Source: Eledone cirrhosa (taxonomy: Eukaryota). From it: a stretch of DNA of 64,000 nt. The notes under the pieces are model-generated. The model ran no database searches and had not been told where the DNA came from. It saw only the letters and a program-made list of their open reading frames with translations. The position numbers and the translations under genes are program-made. The stretch's first letter is position 1, and each line of letters starts with the position of its first letter. Location of the stretch: contig OZ024743.1 of assembly GCA_964016885.1 (NCBI GenBank), positions 217,558,001 through 217,622,000 on the forward strand, given 5' to 3'. This document shows, one piece after another, positions 29,086 through 41,880 of this stretch.

Positions 29086-29683
29086 CATTAGTATAATTTC
29101 ATAATTTCACCATTCCACAGCAAACAATGTAGGAACCAGTGAACTATTAAAATTAGAATCGAAATATCCCTCAAATTAAACGGTTTTTTTTCAAAGACAC
29201 ATTGGAAAATGTAGTCCTCAATACGCAAAGCCTGAATAAATTTCCCGGTGATTTTAGCTGACATTAACAAAGACCACATATTGTATTTCCGGTATTTAGC
29301 AATATTATAAAGGATTCCTTTCGGTATAAAACCAAACAAGATCACTAAACGATATAACAAAAACAAGAATACAAATATATGATACTTTTTCTACGATGTT
29401 TCTAAATACCGCTTGCAACAAGTAGATAATATGACAATAAACAGGCGAAAGAATATTACAATGTCATCTTAACCTTGAGGTGTGGGGCGCACGTAATTTA
29501 TTTTGATAATCATCACGAGTAAAGCCATCAAAACAAATATGCTCGCTAAATGCAAACCCATAAAAGTAATTAAGCGTAAATTACAGGTTCTAGACGTAAG
29601 CCATAGAGAATGACAACTTTGAAAGAATGATGCATAGACAGAACTATTTATACTCCCACAGTCATACAATGTACACACACACA

Positions 29684-29779
<96 letters not shown>

Positions 29780-29920
29780 CGCGTGTGTGTGAGTACCGAT
29801 TTCGATTCAATTACATTAGTATTAGAATAAAATAAACCACAAACATTACATGTTAAACATTAAATACTTTAATTTTTATTTGAGGCCTAAATCTCATGAT
29901 AAAAGCAGAAAAAAAAAAAA

Positions 29921-29994
<74 letters not shown>

Positions 29995-30199
29995 TGTGAG
30001 ATAGATAGAGAGAGAGAGAGACAGACAGAAAGGAGAGAAAGGGAGAGAGAGGGAGAGAGAATAAGAAAATGTGAAGTAGTTTCAGATGTTAAAGTCCTTT
30101 ATTGATGAGGTTCTGATACATATTTGAATGGCAACAGTGTCCACGCGATTCCGCGTACGCAGTGCCATGATCTCACCAGATAGCTTCTTACATAATAAA

Positions 30200-30700
30200 G
30201 TTACGTTCCTGAGGCAATTCAAATTAAAACGACAACGGAATGGACGAAGATGATGTTCTTGAAGCCTTCGCCCGTTCCCCTGTAAGCCCTAATTCCATCC
30301 ACAGGTTTGCGCAGGCGCAAATGTGAAGGAAGTTGACCATCTAACTACTACTCCAAAACACAACAAAACTAGCCTAAGCAAGTCCTACCACCACCACCAC
30401 AAAAAAACAATCAAACTCCCCCATCCAGGCCGGTACAGTGACACGGTCACAGGGTTACTGTATGAGTTTAGTGCCTAAATGTTAGCGCTTTATGGTGTAA
30501 TCGATATATACGAACAATCACCAACTATCACCTACGCCCGTAAATTTCCTCTAGCGTGGGGTTGATTTACACATATTGGATATCTATTCCACTGGACGGA
30601 CTTAGCCGATTAAATAAGCGGAATAAATCCAACGTAAAACCCCATATTTTCATGCAACAACCTGCATTTCGCACAGATGTCTAGAACCGAAGCACCCTCT
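30200..30700 (+). mobile_element. possible heavily decayed LINE ORF1 remnant
   Basis: higher-GC tract with a frameshifted knuckle-like segment FSCNN..HFRTD near 30645-30680. Confidence 0.25.
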
Positions 30701-31232
30701 CACTTCACTATTTCTGGCGGATTTCCACCCAAACTGATCTTCACTTTACTTCTTCCCATGTGTGATGGTCCATTTAGCAAGAGCCTCGCTATTGAAGAAC
30801 ACCGAGATGATCACCAACTACTTGACCCTTGCCACGTAGTGAATGTCTGCCTTTAAGCCCTTCATAGCAGCCTCCACCTAGGAGGGCGGGGTAAGCTCCA
30901 TCAAAGATAATGATAATAGACTAATACGTACGTTAAATATTTTTAAAGAAATAATGATAGACTATTCGTCGTCATACATAAGTATGTACTTACAAGTGTG
31001 GTTGCATACGATTATACGTATGCATAAATATAGAGTATCAAATATACATAGACACACGACAAAATCGCTTCGGGCCACGGTCGGGATTTTACATCTCTCT
31101 CTCTCTCACTCTCTCTTTATATATATATATATATATATATAACAAAGGAATTGTGGTAAGGAACCAGATGGACCATAACACACCAGAGTACTCAATACTT
31201 AGGATAGTAGAGTGGGAATTGGAAAAAGTATG

Positions 31233-31328
31233 ACACCGACGGCAGAGCTCAAGCCGTTTCGACGGCTATTTCTGGACTAAATTAGAATGTTTAGCCTGGT
31301 GAATAAATAGCCGAACTTGTCAAGGGGT
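31233..31328 (-). ncRNA. type I hammerhead ribozyme, U3-A8 core variant with extended stem II
   Basis: minus strand: ACCCC-TTGACAA-G tt CGGCTATTT...AAATAGCCG t C-GAAA-CGGC ttgagctct GCCGTC-GGTGT. Confidence 0.75.
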
Positions 31329-31999
31329 ACTTCCTTATATGGGAAGATTGTAGTTGTCAAGAGGATTGGTTAAAATTTGTTGTAAACACAAATAAGTCTA
31401 TCATTGCCTGTAGAACAATAGGGCTGTGAGTGGAGCGGTCAAGCGTTGAAAGTGATATGTATACAGCAGATTCTAAGGATAGTGTATGAAGTGGAGGAGG
31501 GAGGTTATAGAATAGGTAAATCGAATGAGAGTAGGAGACAATAAAAGATAATAGAAAAAAATAAAAAAATATATAGTGAGAAATGAATAAAAAAAATCAC
31601 AATGCTATCTTACAATTACAGGTTAATAAGTTGAGAATAGAAAAACTTGTAGAAATTGAGTAGTACCAGAACTGATACAAAATTAATGGGGTTTAACACG
31701 TCTGCTATAAGTAGTTAGTAAAACGTATTCGGACAATTCTATCTTAAAATTACAGGGGTAGCAGAACTAATGCTACAGAGGTCCGATGGGCTGCATCGGG
31801 GTAGGCGAAAGGGGAAAAGTAGACGAGGAAGAAAATAGGGGGTGGAAGGAAATGATAGGATGAGAGAGGGGGAAGAAGAAGACAAAGAAGAAAAGAAAAG
31901 AAAGGAGATACATCTACCTAAGTAAGCTGGGGTTTCCCCTAACTTATTCGGCAAGTGGGGTGGGGTATCAAGCCCTTGTCTACCCACCCGGGTCGTTAT

Positions 32000-34117
32000 A
32001 GGTTTGAGGTCGAGGTAAGTCCTACCCAATCTGTGTTTGCATGCGGTTACCAGTTCGTCTTTCTTGTTTAGGCGTTGGTCCTTCGAAAACAGCATTTGTA
32101 ATGTTTTCTCCGACCATAAGTTACACGGACAGCGTCCTCCCGTGTAAGAGTTAGCTCTGGACAGTAAGCTCCAAGTGAGATTGTAGGTTATATTATTATC
32201 TTGGAGGACCCAGATGTGGCCCGAAAGTGTAGTGGTATGTTGCCGGACCGGGTTTCGGAAAGTATGTCGGTGTTGGTAGAGTCGGGTCTTGAAGTCACAT
32301 GCGGTTAATCCTATATAAGCTTTGTTGGAGGTGTCCGTCTTCACGTTTCACTGGTAGATCACGTTACGTTCTCGGCATTTGTTGTTGAGGGGGCACGTAG
32401 ATCTATCAGGGCAGTTACACCTCCTGGTCGGCTCTCCACTGATGTCTAGGTTATTTCTTCCATAGGGGTTGAGTTTTTGTTGTTTGAGGAGACGATGTTT
32501 TGTGCGAAGTTAGGTGTGGTGCTGTAGGAGAGTTTGATGGTGTTTTTGTTGATTATGTTGTGGTAGCGATTTTGTAGTGGGAAGTGTTTTTCGAGGAGTC
32601 TAAAGAAGATTTTCCCGATAGGTGTTGCCACCTCGGCATTATGGGGAGGATTGAACTACGTTACGTTGCGTGAGCGGCGGTGTCGCCTGCTAGTTCCGCT
32701 AACGGAAGCTGGATAAAAGGATATTTCCTCCCGGAATCCACTCCGCTTGAGGCCTGGTTGTAATGAGGCGCGTGTTCGTCGAATATTTGCTCATTAGCGG
32801 ACAAACGAGATATGCGGAGGGAGATGTTATTAACCAGGTTATTAGTGATGTTTCTAGGATGGTTTGAGCGGCGGTGGATGTAGTGCAGGTTATCGTTTGG
32901 TTTCCTGTAAGGGTAGTACAGATCATTTTCGAGGTTAAGGGTAATTGACTCGGGTTAGGGACCTTTGTAGGGTGATTTTAAATCCCCAGTCCCGGAAGAA
33001 GTTGATTAGTTGTTTACGGACACGGTCTGTACTACTGTGGTCGTACCGTTTGAGGGTGAGGAGCCCATCATCCCGGTACAATCTACCGCCGAATGCAGGA
33101 AACATTTCGCTGAGTTTAAATAGTAGGAATAATCCTATAAGATCTGTGACATTGGCCGAATCCGTCGCGCCCATACTGACGTCGAAGGGAAAGTCGGGAG
33201 CTCTCTTTATCCACTTAGAGTTGTCAAAAAGTAGGACTGTTTTCCTGGCGTGGAGAATGATATTTCTTTCCTGGTCAGTGATGTGTGTGAGTGTTTCGGC
33301 AACTCCAAGGCGGCAGTAAGGAGCGGTAAGGTAATAGATGCATAGTAACTATCTACGTCAAACTGGATGAATTTTGTGTCTCGTTTGTCCTCCATATTCC
33401 TGAACCATGAGATTACTTCCTGGGTGCTGACCCATAGGCTAAGTCTCACGTTTTGCTTAACTTTTGGTATAACTCGGTCTAGGATCTTTTTACTGATTCT
33501 CCCTATGTTCGACTTCGTTTGGTTTATAAGCCTAATGGATGGTTTGCGGTCGAAGTCGGATTTGTGGTCCTTCAGTGTGAAGTAGGGAGTCTGTGGGTCT
33601 AGTGGTTCAGTGCGGTTGGCGACCAAGATGCTGGAGGTAATTTGTTGTCCATCTCGATTTATGTCCTCGATAATTGAATGGTTAGCCTTTTTATAGGTGG
33701 AGTTTAGGCTGCTCCTGATCAGTGTGTGGTATCTGTCAGGGTTGACGAATTAGAGGTTTCCAGTTTTGTCCAAGTGCACCATGAAGTCGTTGGTGTTTTC
33801 ATACTCTGTTATTGCTACGGAGTTGTTGTAGGAATTTGTTGTGTCTGGGTTTGAATTTAATGCTCTTGACCAGGTGGAAAAGGTCGTTCTAAAAGGGTGA
33901 GAGCATAGGGTTCAGAGGGGGATATTTGTAGGTATTGAATCCGAATCTCTCCTTGGTGTCGAAGTCCTAATTGTCGCGGTATCTATCGTAGAAAAAAGTT
34001 TCTCCATCTTAGTCTTTTCGCAAAAAGGTCGATTTTCTGCGTGAGCATCCGAAGGTAAAGTTTTCTCGGTGTACATGGGATGTTCTTGGTAGAGAAGTCG
34101 ATGTTGTATTTTCGCAT
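32000..34117 (-). pseudogene. PLE2 RT-GIY-YIG polyprotein, frameshifted
   Basis: MRKYNIDFSTKNIP; TLKDHK...IRLIN.TKSNIGRISK.ILDR; IQFDVDSYYASI; MGATDSANVTDLIGLFLL; LYRDDGL; FNPPY; CNCPDRSTCPL; YIGLT...FKTR. Confidence 0.9.
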
Positions 34118-34302
34118 CGTGCGGGTGAAGAAACTTGAGCTGGGTGGAAAAGTCGGGATATAGCGTGGTAGAGTCGGAAAGTACTCTACTACAGAGATAG
34201 GACCTAAATATCAAAGGAATTGTCGTAAGGAACCAGATGGACCATAACGCACCAGAGTACTCAATACTTAGGGTAGAAGAGTGGTAAATAGGAAAAAGTA
34301 TG

Positions 34303-34399
34303 ACCCCGACGGCAGAGCTCAAGGTGTTTCGACGCCTATTTCTGGACTAAATTAGAATTTTTAGCTAGGTGAATAAATAGCCGAACTTGTCAAGGGGGT
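34303..34399 (-). ncRNA. hammerhead copy in upstream pLTR (stem III mutated)
   Basis: same TTGACAA core and GTC-GGGGT, but GAAACACC instead of GAAACGGC. Confidence 0.55.
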
Positions 34400-35212
34400 A
34401 CTTCCTTATATAGGAAGATTGTAGTTGTCAAGAGGATTGGTTAAAATTTGTTGTAAACACAAATAAGTCTATCATGGCATTTGGTGGGAGGTAGGGTGGC
34501 TGAACTTGCCTGTAGAACAATAGGGCTGTGAGTGGAGCGGTCAAGCGTTGAAAGTGATATGTATACAGCAGATTCTAAGGATAGTCTATGAAGTGGAGGA
34601 GGGAGGTTATAGAATAGGTAAATCGAATGAGAGTAGGAGACAATAAAAGACAATAGAAAAAAATAAAAAAATATATAGTGAGAAATGAATAAAAAAAATC
34701 ACAATGCTATCTTATAATTACAGGTTAATAAGTTGAGATTAGAAAAAACTTGTAGAAATTGAGTAGTACCAGAACTGATACAAAATTAAAGGGGTTTAAC
34801 ACGTCTGCTATAAGTAGTTAGTAAAACGCATTCGGCCAATTCTATCTTAAAATTACAGTGGTGGGGGAAATGATGCTACAGAGGCCCGATGGGCTGCATC
34901 GGGGTAGGAAAAATGGGAAAAGCAGACGAGGAAGAAAACAGGGGGTGGAAGGAAGTGATAGGCTGAGAGAGGGGGAAGAAGAAGACAAAGAGGAAAAGAA
35001 AAGAAAAGAGATACAACTACGTAAGTAACCTGGGGTTTCCCCTAACTTATTCGGCAAGTGTGTGTGTGGCGGGTATCAGCCCTTGTCTACCCACACGGGT
35101 CGTTATGGGGTTTGAGGGCGAGGTATATATTTATATATTCATTTATTTATATATATATATTTATTTATGTACATATATATACGAGATATTTATATATATT
35201 TATCGTTATATT

Positions 35213-35795
35213 TGGTGAACGTCATATTGTTGTAATAATATTACCAGAAATAATAACAGAACACACTCACTGTTTGGTTGGTTTTCGCTTCTCTATCTTT
35301 TATATCTCCACAGTTAATTCATTCGGTCATCAATGTTTACTATTGACTGACCAACGGTAAAAAATACAGATATAATATAGATATAAACACATATATATAG
35401 TCTGACAAAGTTCTTTCGTTGCACATCTGCAACATAATCAGTGGTACTATTATTTTCTTCCTGTTGTATTGTATATCTACACCATTTTCTTTTTATCTGT
35501 TTATTTATTTCAAAATAAAAATGGCGTAGATATACAATACAACAGGAGGAAAATAATAGTACCACTAATGATGTTGCAGATGTGCAACGAAAGAACTTTA
35601 TTAGACTATATATATGTGTTTATATCTATATTATATCTGCATTTTTGACCGTTTGTTAGTCAATGGTAAACATTGAGGACCGAATGAATTAACTGTGGAG
35701 ATATAAAAGACACAGAAATAAAAACCAACCAAACAGTGAGTGTGTTCTGTTCTTATTTCTGGCAATATTATTACAACAATATCACCCTCCCCAAG
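35213..35795. repeat. large imperfect palindrome (about 275 bp arms) with hammerhead-like core
   Basis: 35213-35489 inverted at 35517-35795; arms read CTAATGA / CTGATTA-T-GTTGCA gatg TGCAAC-GAAA. Confidence 0.85.
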
Positions 35796-35983
35796 TATAA
35801 CAATATTTGTTTCGACACACGATTTCATATAAAAAACCTCGCAAAACAAAATATATTTGTATATATATATATATATATACAATGATATTAAATAAATGGA
35901 AACTATATGTATAAAACCATATTTATTCTATTATATATATTTCAAGGGTACCAAAAATGTTAAAACGTTTATAAAACATTTTG

Positions 35984-36045
35984 TATTTTATCTGATGATA
36001 GCGTACCAAAATGTTTGGTACCCTTGAAATACATATAATAGAATA
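35984..36045 (+). ncRNA. type I hammerhead ribozyme in fold-back element 35880-36170
   Basis: TATTTTAT-CTGATGA-..GTACCAAA atg TTTGGTAC..-GAAA-TACATATA-ATAGAATA; 8 bp stem I. Confidence 0.7.
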
Positions 36046-36524
36046 AATATGGTTTTATAAATATAGTTTCCATGTATTTAATATCATTGAATACTTACTC
36101 CAGAAAACTGTCGAGTGCTCTGAATCAGTTATAAACATCTATATTTTTTGGATTTCCAACAAATTAAATATCTCCTCTCTCTATATATATATAATTTTTC
36201 CTGAGTTCTGTTTTTTTCGTCGCTATCGTCTAAGCGGCCAGCCTATCGGTCGCTGTATTTGATTTGCAAAGCTGTCTAAACGTAATGTTATACTCTGGGG
36301 TAAAATTCTCCATTGAGTGCTTAGCTGCACACCGAAACTGCATTCGTACCTTGGCTGCACCCTAAAGCTTCGTTGATGCTGTACTAAAATTTGTATATAT
36401 ATATACATAAATATAAAGATTTACTTATACACAAACTAGACAAAGCCACAGATATATATGTGTTTTGGCAACCATTCACGATGTGGCTCAATGAAGAATT
36501 AATAAATTTAATAATCAGAGCAAT

Positions 36525-37161
36525 ATATATAAAGTATGTCCATAGAATTATTTGATAATATATATACACCATTTCCTCTCCCAATTAGCATAATTAACCA
36601 CACAAAAAAACAATTAGACCAAGCTATAAGATTAAAAGGCACCTATGAAGAAATAGTAGATAAATAAACGACAGCAATCTCTTCGCGGCAAACCGCCATT
36701 GAATATTTACCCAATATTTCAACAGCACGTGGAAATCGATTAAATATACCGTCAAACATACACAATTAGGTATAAAATTAAAGTTAGAAGAAATGCTTAT
36801 ACACATACCAGGATTATGACCCTACCCTCGGGTTTTATTCGCATTTTGATATATCCTATTAAGGATAAAATCTCGAGCTTCGAACTCATCAGGATACAAA
36901 CTCGTTAGTACAGATTATTTTCTAAAGTGGTCCCCGCCAGACACGAATTCAAAATGGCTAAGAATTTTGACGTGGCAGTGGTCAAGTCAGAAAGAATGTG
37001 ATTGGTTGCTTACGGCGAGTGGGTTGGTTGCATATATATACACCATTTCCTCTCCCAATTAGCATAATTAACCCCACACAAAAAATAATTAGACCAGGCT
37101 ATAAGATTAAAAGGCACCTATGGTGTATATATATATTATCAAATGATTCTATGGACATACT

Positions 37162-37166
<5 letters not shown>
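36525..37166. repeat. direct plus inverted duplication ending in (TA)n; probable pLTR derivative
   Basis: 36560-36646 repeated at 37033-37122; 37121-37166 is reverse complement of 36525-36572; degenerate CTGATGAG...CGAGA on minus strand at about 36850-36898. Confidence 0.6.
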
Positions 37167-37260
<94 letters not shown>

Positions 37261-37318
37261 TATACATATCTCTATATATATATACATATACACACACTCA
37301 CACACACACATATATATA

Positions 37319-38126
37319 CCTGTATATATATAAAATTAAGTATGTGTGTGTCTGTGTGTTTGTGTATTACCTATAGGGGCCTACATCTTACGACCGATTT
37401 TCATGAAACTTTACAGGCTCATAGATTAGTCATCGGGGAGACTGTTCTATATATCAGAGTATCGTCTTTTTATTCCGGGCTCATTCTGCAGATAAAAATC
37501 GATAGAGGTGTCACCTTTTTTTAGGTATCGAAAAATAAGAATTTTGGCTCTAGCTCCCACATTTTGTCACCAATTTCGTTCAAATTTTAAAGCGAAATAG
37601 AATTTATCATTGCACATCCTGGAATTGGTTTATATTTTCCATTTGTTGTTCAGGGACGGCGTGGCAGCCGCTTAAATATTCAAAAATACCACTTTTAGAC
37701 TCAAATTTCCACTTTTCGGCTCTACCTCCCACATTAATCAACCTACTTTGTTCAAATTTTACACTACACTAGATCTGATTATTTCACGTCTTAAAGTGGC
37801 TCTAAGTTCTGGATTTTTTGTTCAGGAACGGCGTTGCAGCCGCTTAAATATTCGGAAATACCACCTTTTCGCTCAAATATCCGCCTTTTCGGCTCTAGCT
37901 CCCACTTTTTTCAACCGATTTCGTTCAAATTCGAAACTAATTCTCCCAACATGCCCCTTCGTCAGTCACCCACGTTTCTCAGTGATAGAGGTCATCACCA
38001 CCCTCCCCCGTATGGCCTGTGTGTGGCCTTAGATGAGTCACCGAGAAGCAGTCGCTAAGATCAACACCTTTTCATCAAAGCAGATATTATTTTACCTACC
38101 CAGGCAACGCTGGGTACTGCTGCTAG
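37319..38126 (+). mobile_element. non-autonomous Helitron with internal about 173 bp tandem repeats
   Basis: 5' TATATATAAAA plus TG tract; 3' ACCCAGGCAACGCTGGGT hairpin, CTAG|T; GGCTCTA.CTCCCAC recurs at about 37545, 37718, 37891. Confidence 0.7.
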
Positions 38127-38714
38127 TATATATATATATATATATATGGAATGTATTTTTTCCCATCTTACTTCCATTCAGTTCTCTAGCAATCAATGAA
38201 TGCGAGCTATGTTTATCTCGATTTATTTTTTAAATACTACTTCCAAAATGTTGTTGACCTCCTCTATTAAAATGAGTTGATAAGCTATTTCTACCTTTCT
38301 CGTTACCAGCTTCAGTGTCTATATGACGCCAATATAACACATGCAATTGCAATTGCTTTAATTCCAGCGTGGTGTCATTTGCCCATCTAGCAACGGATAC
38401 GTATCAGTTATCCAACTGGTTTCCTAATGCACAAATTATATTTTATTGTACTAGTTAAAAGATGTTACATACAGGGGATAATCTGGGTTTTCAAATTCAC
38501 TAATTCCGTCTTGTGTATAGGAATAATTTATGTATAACAAGTAATATTTTGATAGTCTGATTACTTTTTTAACTTTTCCTACGTTTTACAATATATAATT
38601 GATATCGTTTTCTGTAACATTCTTGAAAAAGTGTGATCTGGAATAGCCTTTTCTCATTTTTCTTCCATTCACCTCTTTACTGAAGGAGGAAATCGAGATG
38701 TTTTTATTTCAAGT

Positions 38715-38769
<55 letters not shown>

Positions 38770-38775
<6 letters not shown>

Positions 38776-39121
38776 CAATGAAATTAAACAAAAAACGGTT
38801 AATTCATAGTAAAACTCATTATTTTAGAATCGTTTCTGGGAGGTAGTAAGAAAAATATACAAACTTCTTCACAACCCGCCGTCTTCTGAAGACCCCCCCC
38901 CCCCACCCTCCCGAGACGATCGTAAAATAATGAGTTTTATTATGAATTAACCGTTTTTTGTTTAATTTCATTGTTTTAATAGTTCTCTTTTTGACTCTGT
39001 ATCCAATGGATTATGGCGATGAAAATTTTGTATTTTAAACTTTGCTTCACGACATCTTCTACGTACGGATTACATTGAGTTCTTCATACGGTTTAGACCC
39101 TACCATTGATTAGTAGATTTA

Positions 39122-39125
<4 letters not shown>
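38770..39125 (+). mobile_element. fold-back pLTR derivative in (TA)n with degenerate hammerhead
   Basis: 38770-38843 inverted at 38907-38980; CTGAAGA...CGAGACGATCGTAAAAT; tail GGATTACATTGAGTTCTTCATACGG shared with 46355-46410. Confidence 0.7.
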
Positions 39126-39170
<45 letters not shown>

Positions 39171-39290
39171 GTAGAGCAAATAACTTCAGAAGATCCCGTT
39201 AAGGGTGAAAGTAGCGATACTTTGCTTAAACGTAGATCTTTTCTCATAATATATATATTAATATATATATATGTGTGTGTGTGCGTGAGA

Positions 39291-39369
<79 letters not shown>

Positions 39370-39793
39370 CGTGTGTGTGTGTGTGTATGTTTGTGTATGT
39401 GTGTGAGTGTGTGTATATATATATATATCATCATGACTAGCCTCGGTACATACCCTAACCTATATTAACCGAAACCCTGCAATACGTGTTCTAGATGCAT
39501 AATGATACGGCTGAGATCAATAGGACCAGCTTCATAGACAGGGATGGAAAGAAGAGGTGTAATAAATAGATAGGATATCCTCCTTCAATGAAGGAAATTC
39601 TGGAGTAATTATAAGCTTAATAACTTTTAACACTTCGGGCTTCGTGTTTTACTGCAGATTCATAATTCCTAAATATTGTTCTTTCACCAAGAGTGTCAGG
39701 TATTTTCGCAGATATAATTTCCTAACTCTTTATGACCCAAATTATTTCAGATAACACGCACACGCAAACACACACATACACAACCCCCCCCCC

Positions 39794-39867
<74 letters not shown>

Positions 39868-40377
39868 GTAAAATCGATTCTCTCAATAGAACATGTGATA
39901 TATATATATATATATATACACATATATATATATATATATATATCGAGTAAAATCGATTCTCTAAATAGAACATGTGTACAATTTGTACACAAGTATACAA
40001 TTTGTACACAGGTATACAATTTCTGGACACACTCCAGATACATATTTATACACAGGTATTCCAATACGGCAAGGCCTAATGGATTCCCCTTGCAGTACGT
40101 ACAATCTGGACACACTCACACACACCTTGGTATTATGACAATACTATATATCATTTCAGACCTTTTATTATTAAGGTTTTTGATGTTCTATTGAGAGAAT
40201 CGATTTTACTGAAAATATCGAATAATGTATACCATTTCACCAGTAGCACAAAAATAATTACTGGTCCACCCACACACACACATTCTCACACACATACACA
40301 CACACACGTGTATGCGCACACATACACATATATACACACACACATGCACACGCGTACATTAACTTACAAAGAGACTA

Positions 40378-40461
<84 letters not shown>

Positions 40462-41102
40462 CTCTGTATAAGACAAGAGCTGAAAAATATATTTTAACAT
40501 GTTAAAATATCCCCCACACACTTACAGACACATTCCTACTGACCATCCCTCTACCACGAATTACTCTGCTACACACACACACACACTTGTCTTAATAGGC
40601 ATTTGAACTGTCAACAGGCTGCGGTTCGCACACACATACCTGCTGACCATTATCACAACAACGAAACTTTTTACTACTACTACACATACACACACATATT
40701 TGTTTTGAAAGACTTTTTTATCAGTGACTTCTCAATCAGCCGACACAAACCTACATTTGGCGCAAAATCAATTTTTAACATGCACATGACCTCTACCGAC
40801 CAATCAAAATTGTTTTGACCACAAGAATTTTTGCAACACGAATTGGCTTAAAACTTATTTTAATACCGCTGGAGCCACTTTTTTAATATAAAAACAGGTA
40901 AAATTTCCAAAACTAATCAGATTAGAGCAAACATCACGGACGCTGTATCTCAAAATTATTTTTGAAAAGCATTAGAAATGCGCAACCGGTAAAACTTAAA
41001 ACCAAAACTGAATACTAACCAATACTATTACTAATTCTCACTTATTCCTAATTAAACTATTTTTCACTGTGAACAATTTGTCAGCATTTTCTTTTCCGTT
41101 TA

Positions 41103-41143
<41 letters not shown>

Positions 41144-41387
41144 TTTATCGCCACACATTCTATTGTTACTTTGCATGCTTCCCTGAAAGGCATGGCCGCA
41201 ATTTTCTTCTTATGACGCCGCGAGTTTAACTACGATGATCTTCATTTTACCTCACTACATAACTACACATGGTTACAGGGATATCTAAAAGACCTTCTGA
41301 ATTTGCAACCTACCATCCGGCTCAAACTTCATATCCGAAAATTGGACCATTTCTAGGAGGTCATCTATTTTTCAAACTGTGTTCTAT

Positions 41388-41860
41388 TTAAAATTCGTGG
41401 TTTGGCGAGAAGTTTTTCTCTAGGATAGTAAAAAACTTTTTAGGTATATTATCTTTAATTTGTAGATTAAATGGAGCATTACACCAAGTAACTCGTCTAT
41501 TACGGTTTCGATGTTGTTTATTATTTTTATAGGATGTATCCTGGTGTTTATTAGGAGAATTATTGTTAATGACTCCATTACACATATTTTTAGTTAGATT
41601 CATTGATTTAGGTGTTTTAGCCTGTTTATTAGGGATTTTATTATTAACATATATTGGAGTATTAAGATGAATAGTTTTTTGAAAGTTACTATATTGTATA
41701 TTAGAAGAGTAAGAGAAATTAAGTTTTATGTTGGTATTTTTGGGTATAGTGTGAGTGGCATTTAGGTGTGTATATTTCATTTGGTGTTTGTTGGTAATAT
41801 TGGGTTGTATGTTTGTAGTGTTATTAGTACAAGGTATATATACTAATTTGTTTTTGTTGT
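41388..41860 (-). pseudogene. PLE polyprotein fragment (post-RT region)
   Basis: RNRRVTWCNAPFNLQIKDNIPKKFFTILEKNF matches the R.R.V.WFNPP...IGK.F..L.EKHFP region of PLE2. Confidence 0.7.
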
Positions 41861-41880
41861 CACTTCTAGCTAAGGTTTAA

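Larger units (their letters stand above)
31143..35125 (-). mobile_element. full-length Penelope-like retroelement 2 with two about 900 bp pseudo-LTRs, inserted in (TA)n
   Basis: direct repeats 31143-32015 and 34212-35125 flank an RT-GIY-YIG ORF; upstream repeat begins with the last codons of the ORF (partial-tandem structure); TA runs on both sides. Confidence 0.93.

Noticed and set aside
29088-29684. Hydrophobic minus-strand ORFs as a GPCR-like pseudogene
   Set aside because: No diagnostic motif; hydrophobicity expected from AT-rich composition.
39170-39232. CAGAAGA-stem-GAAA hammerhead-like motif (also 50332-50370)
   Set aside because: U4 is A in both copies and stem III does not pair; not called as a ribozyme.
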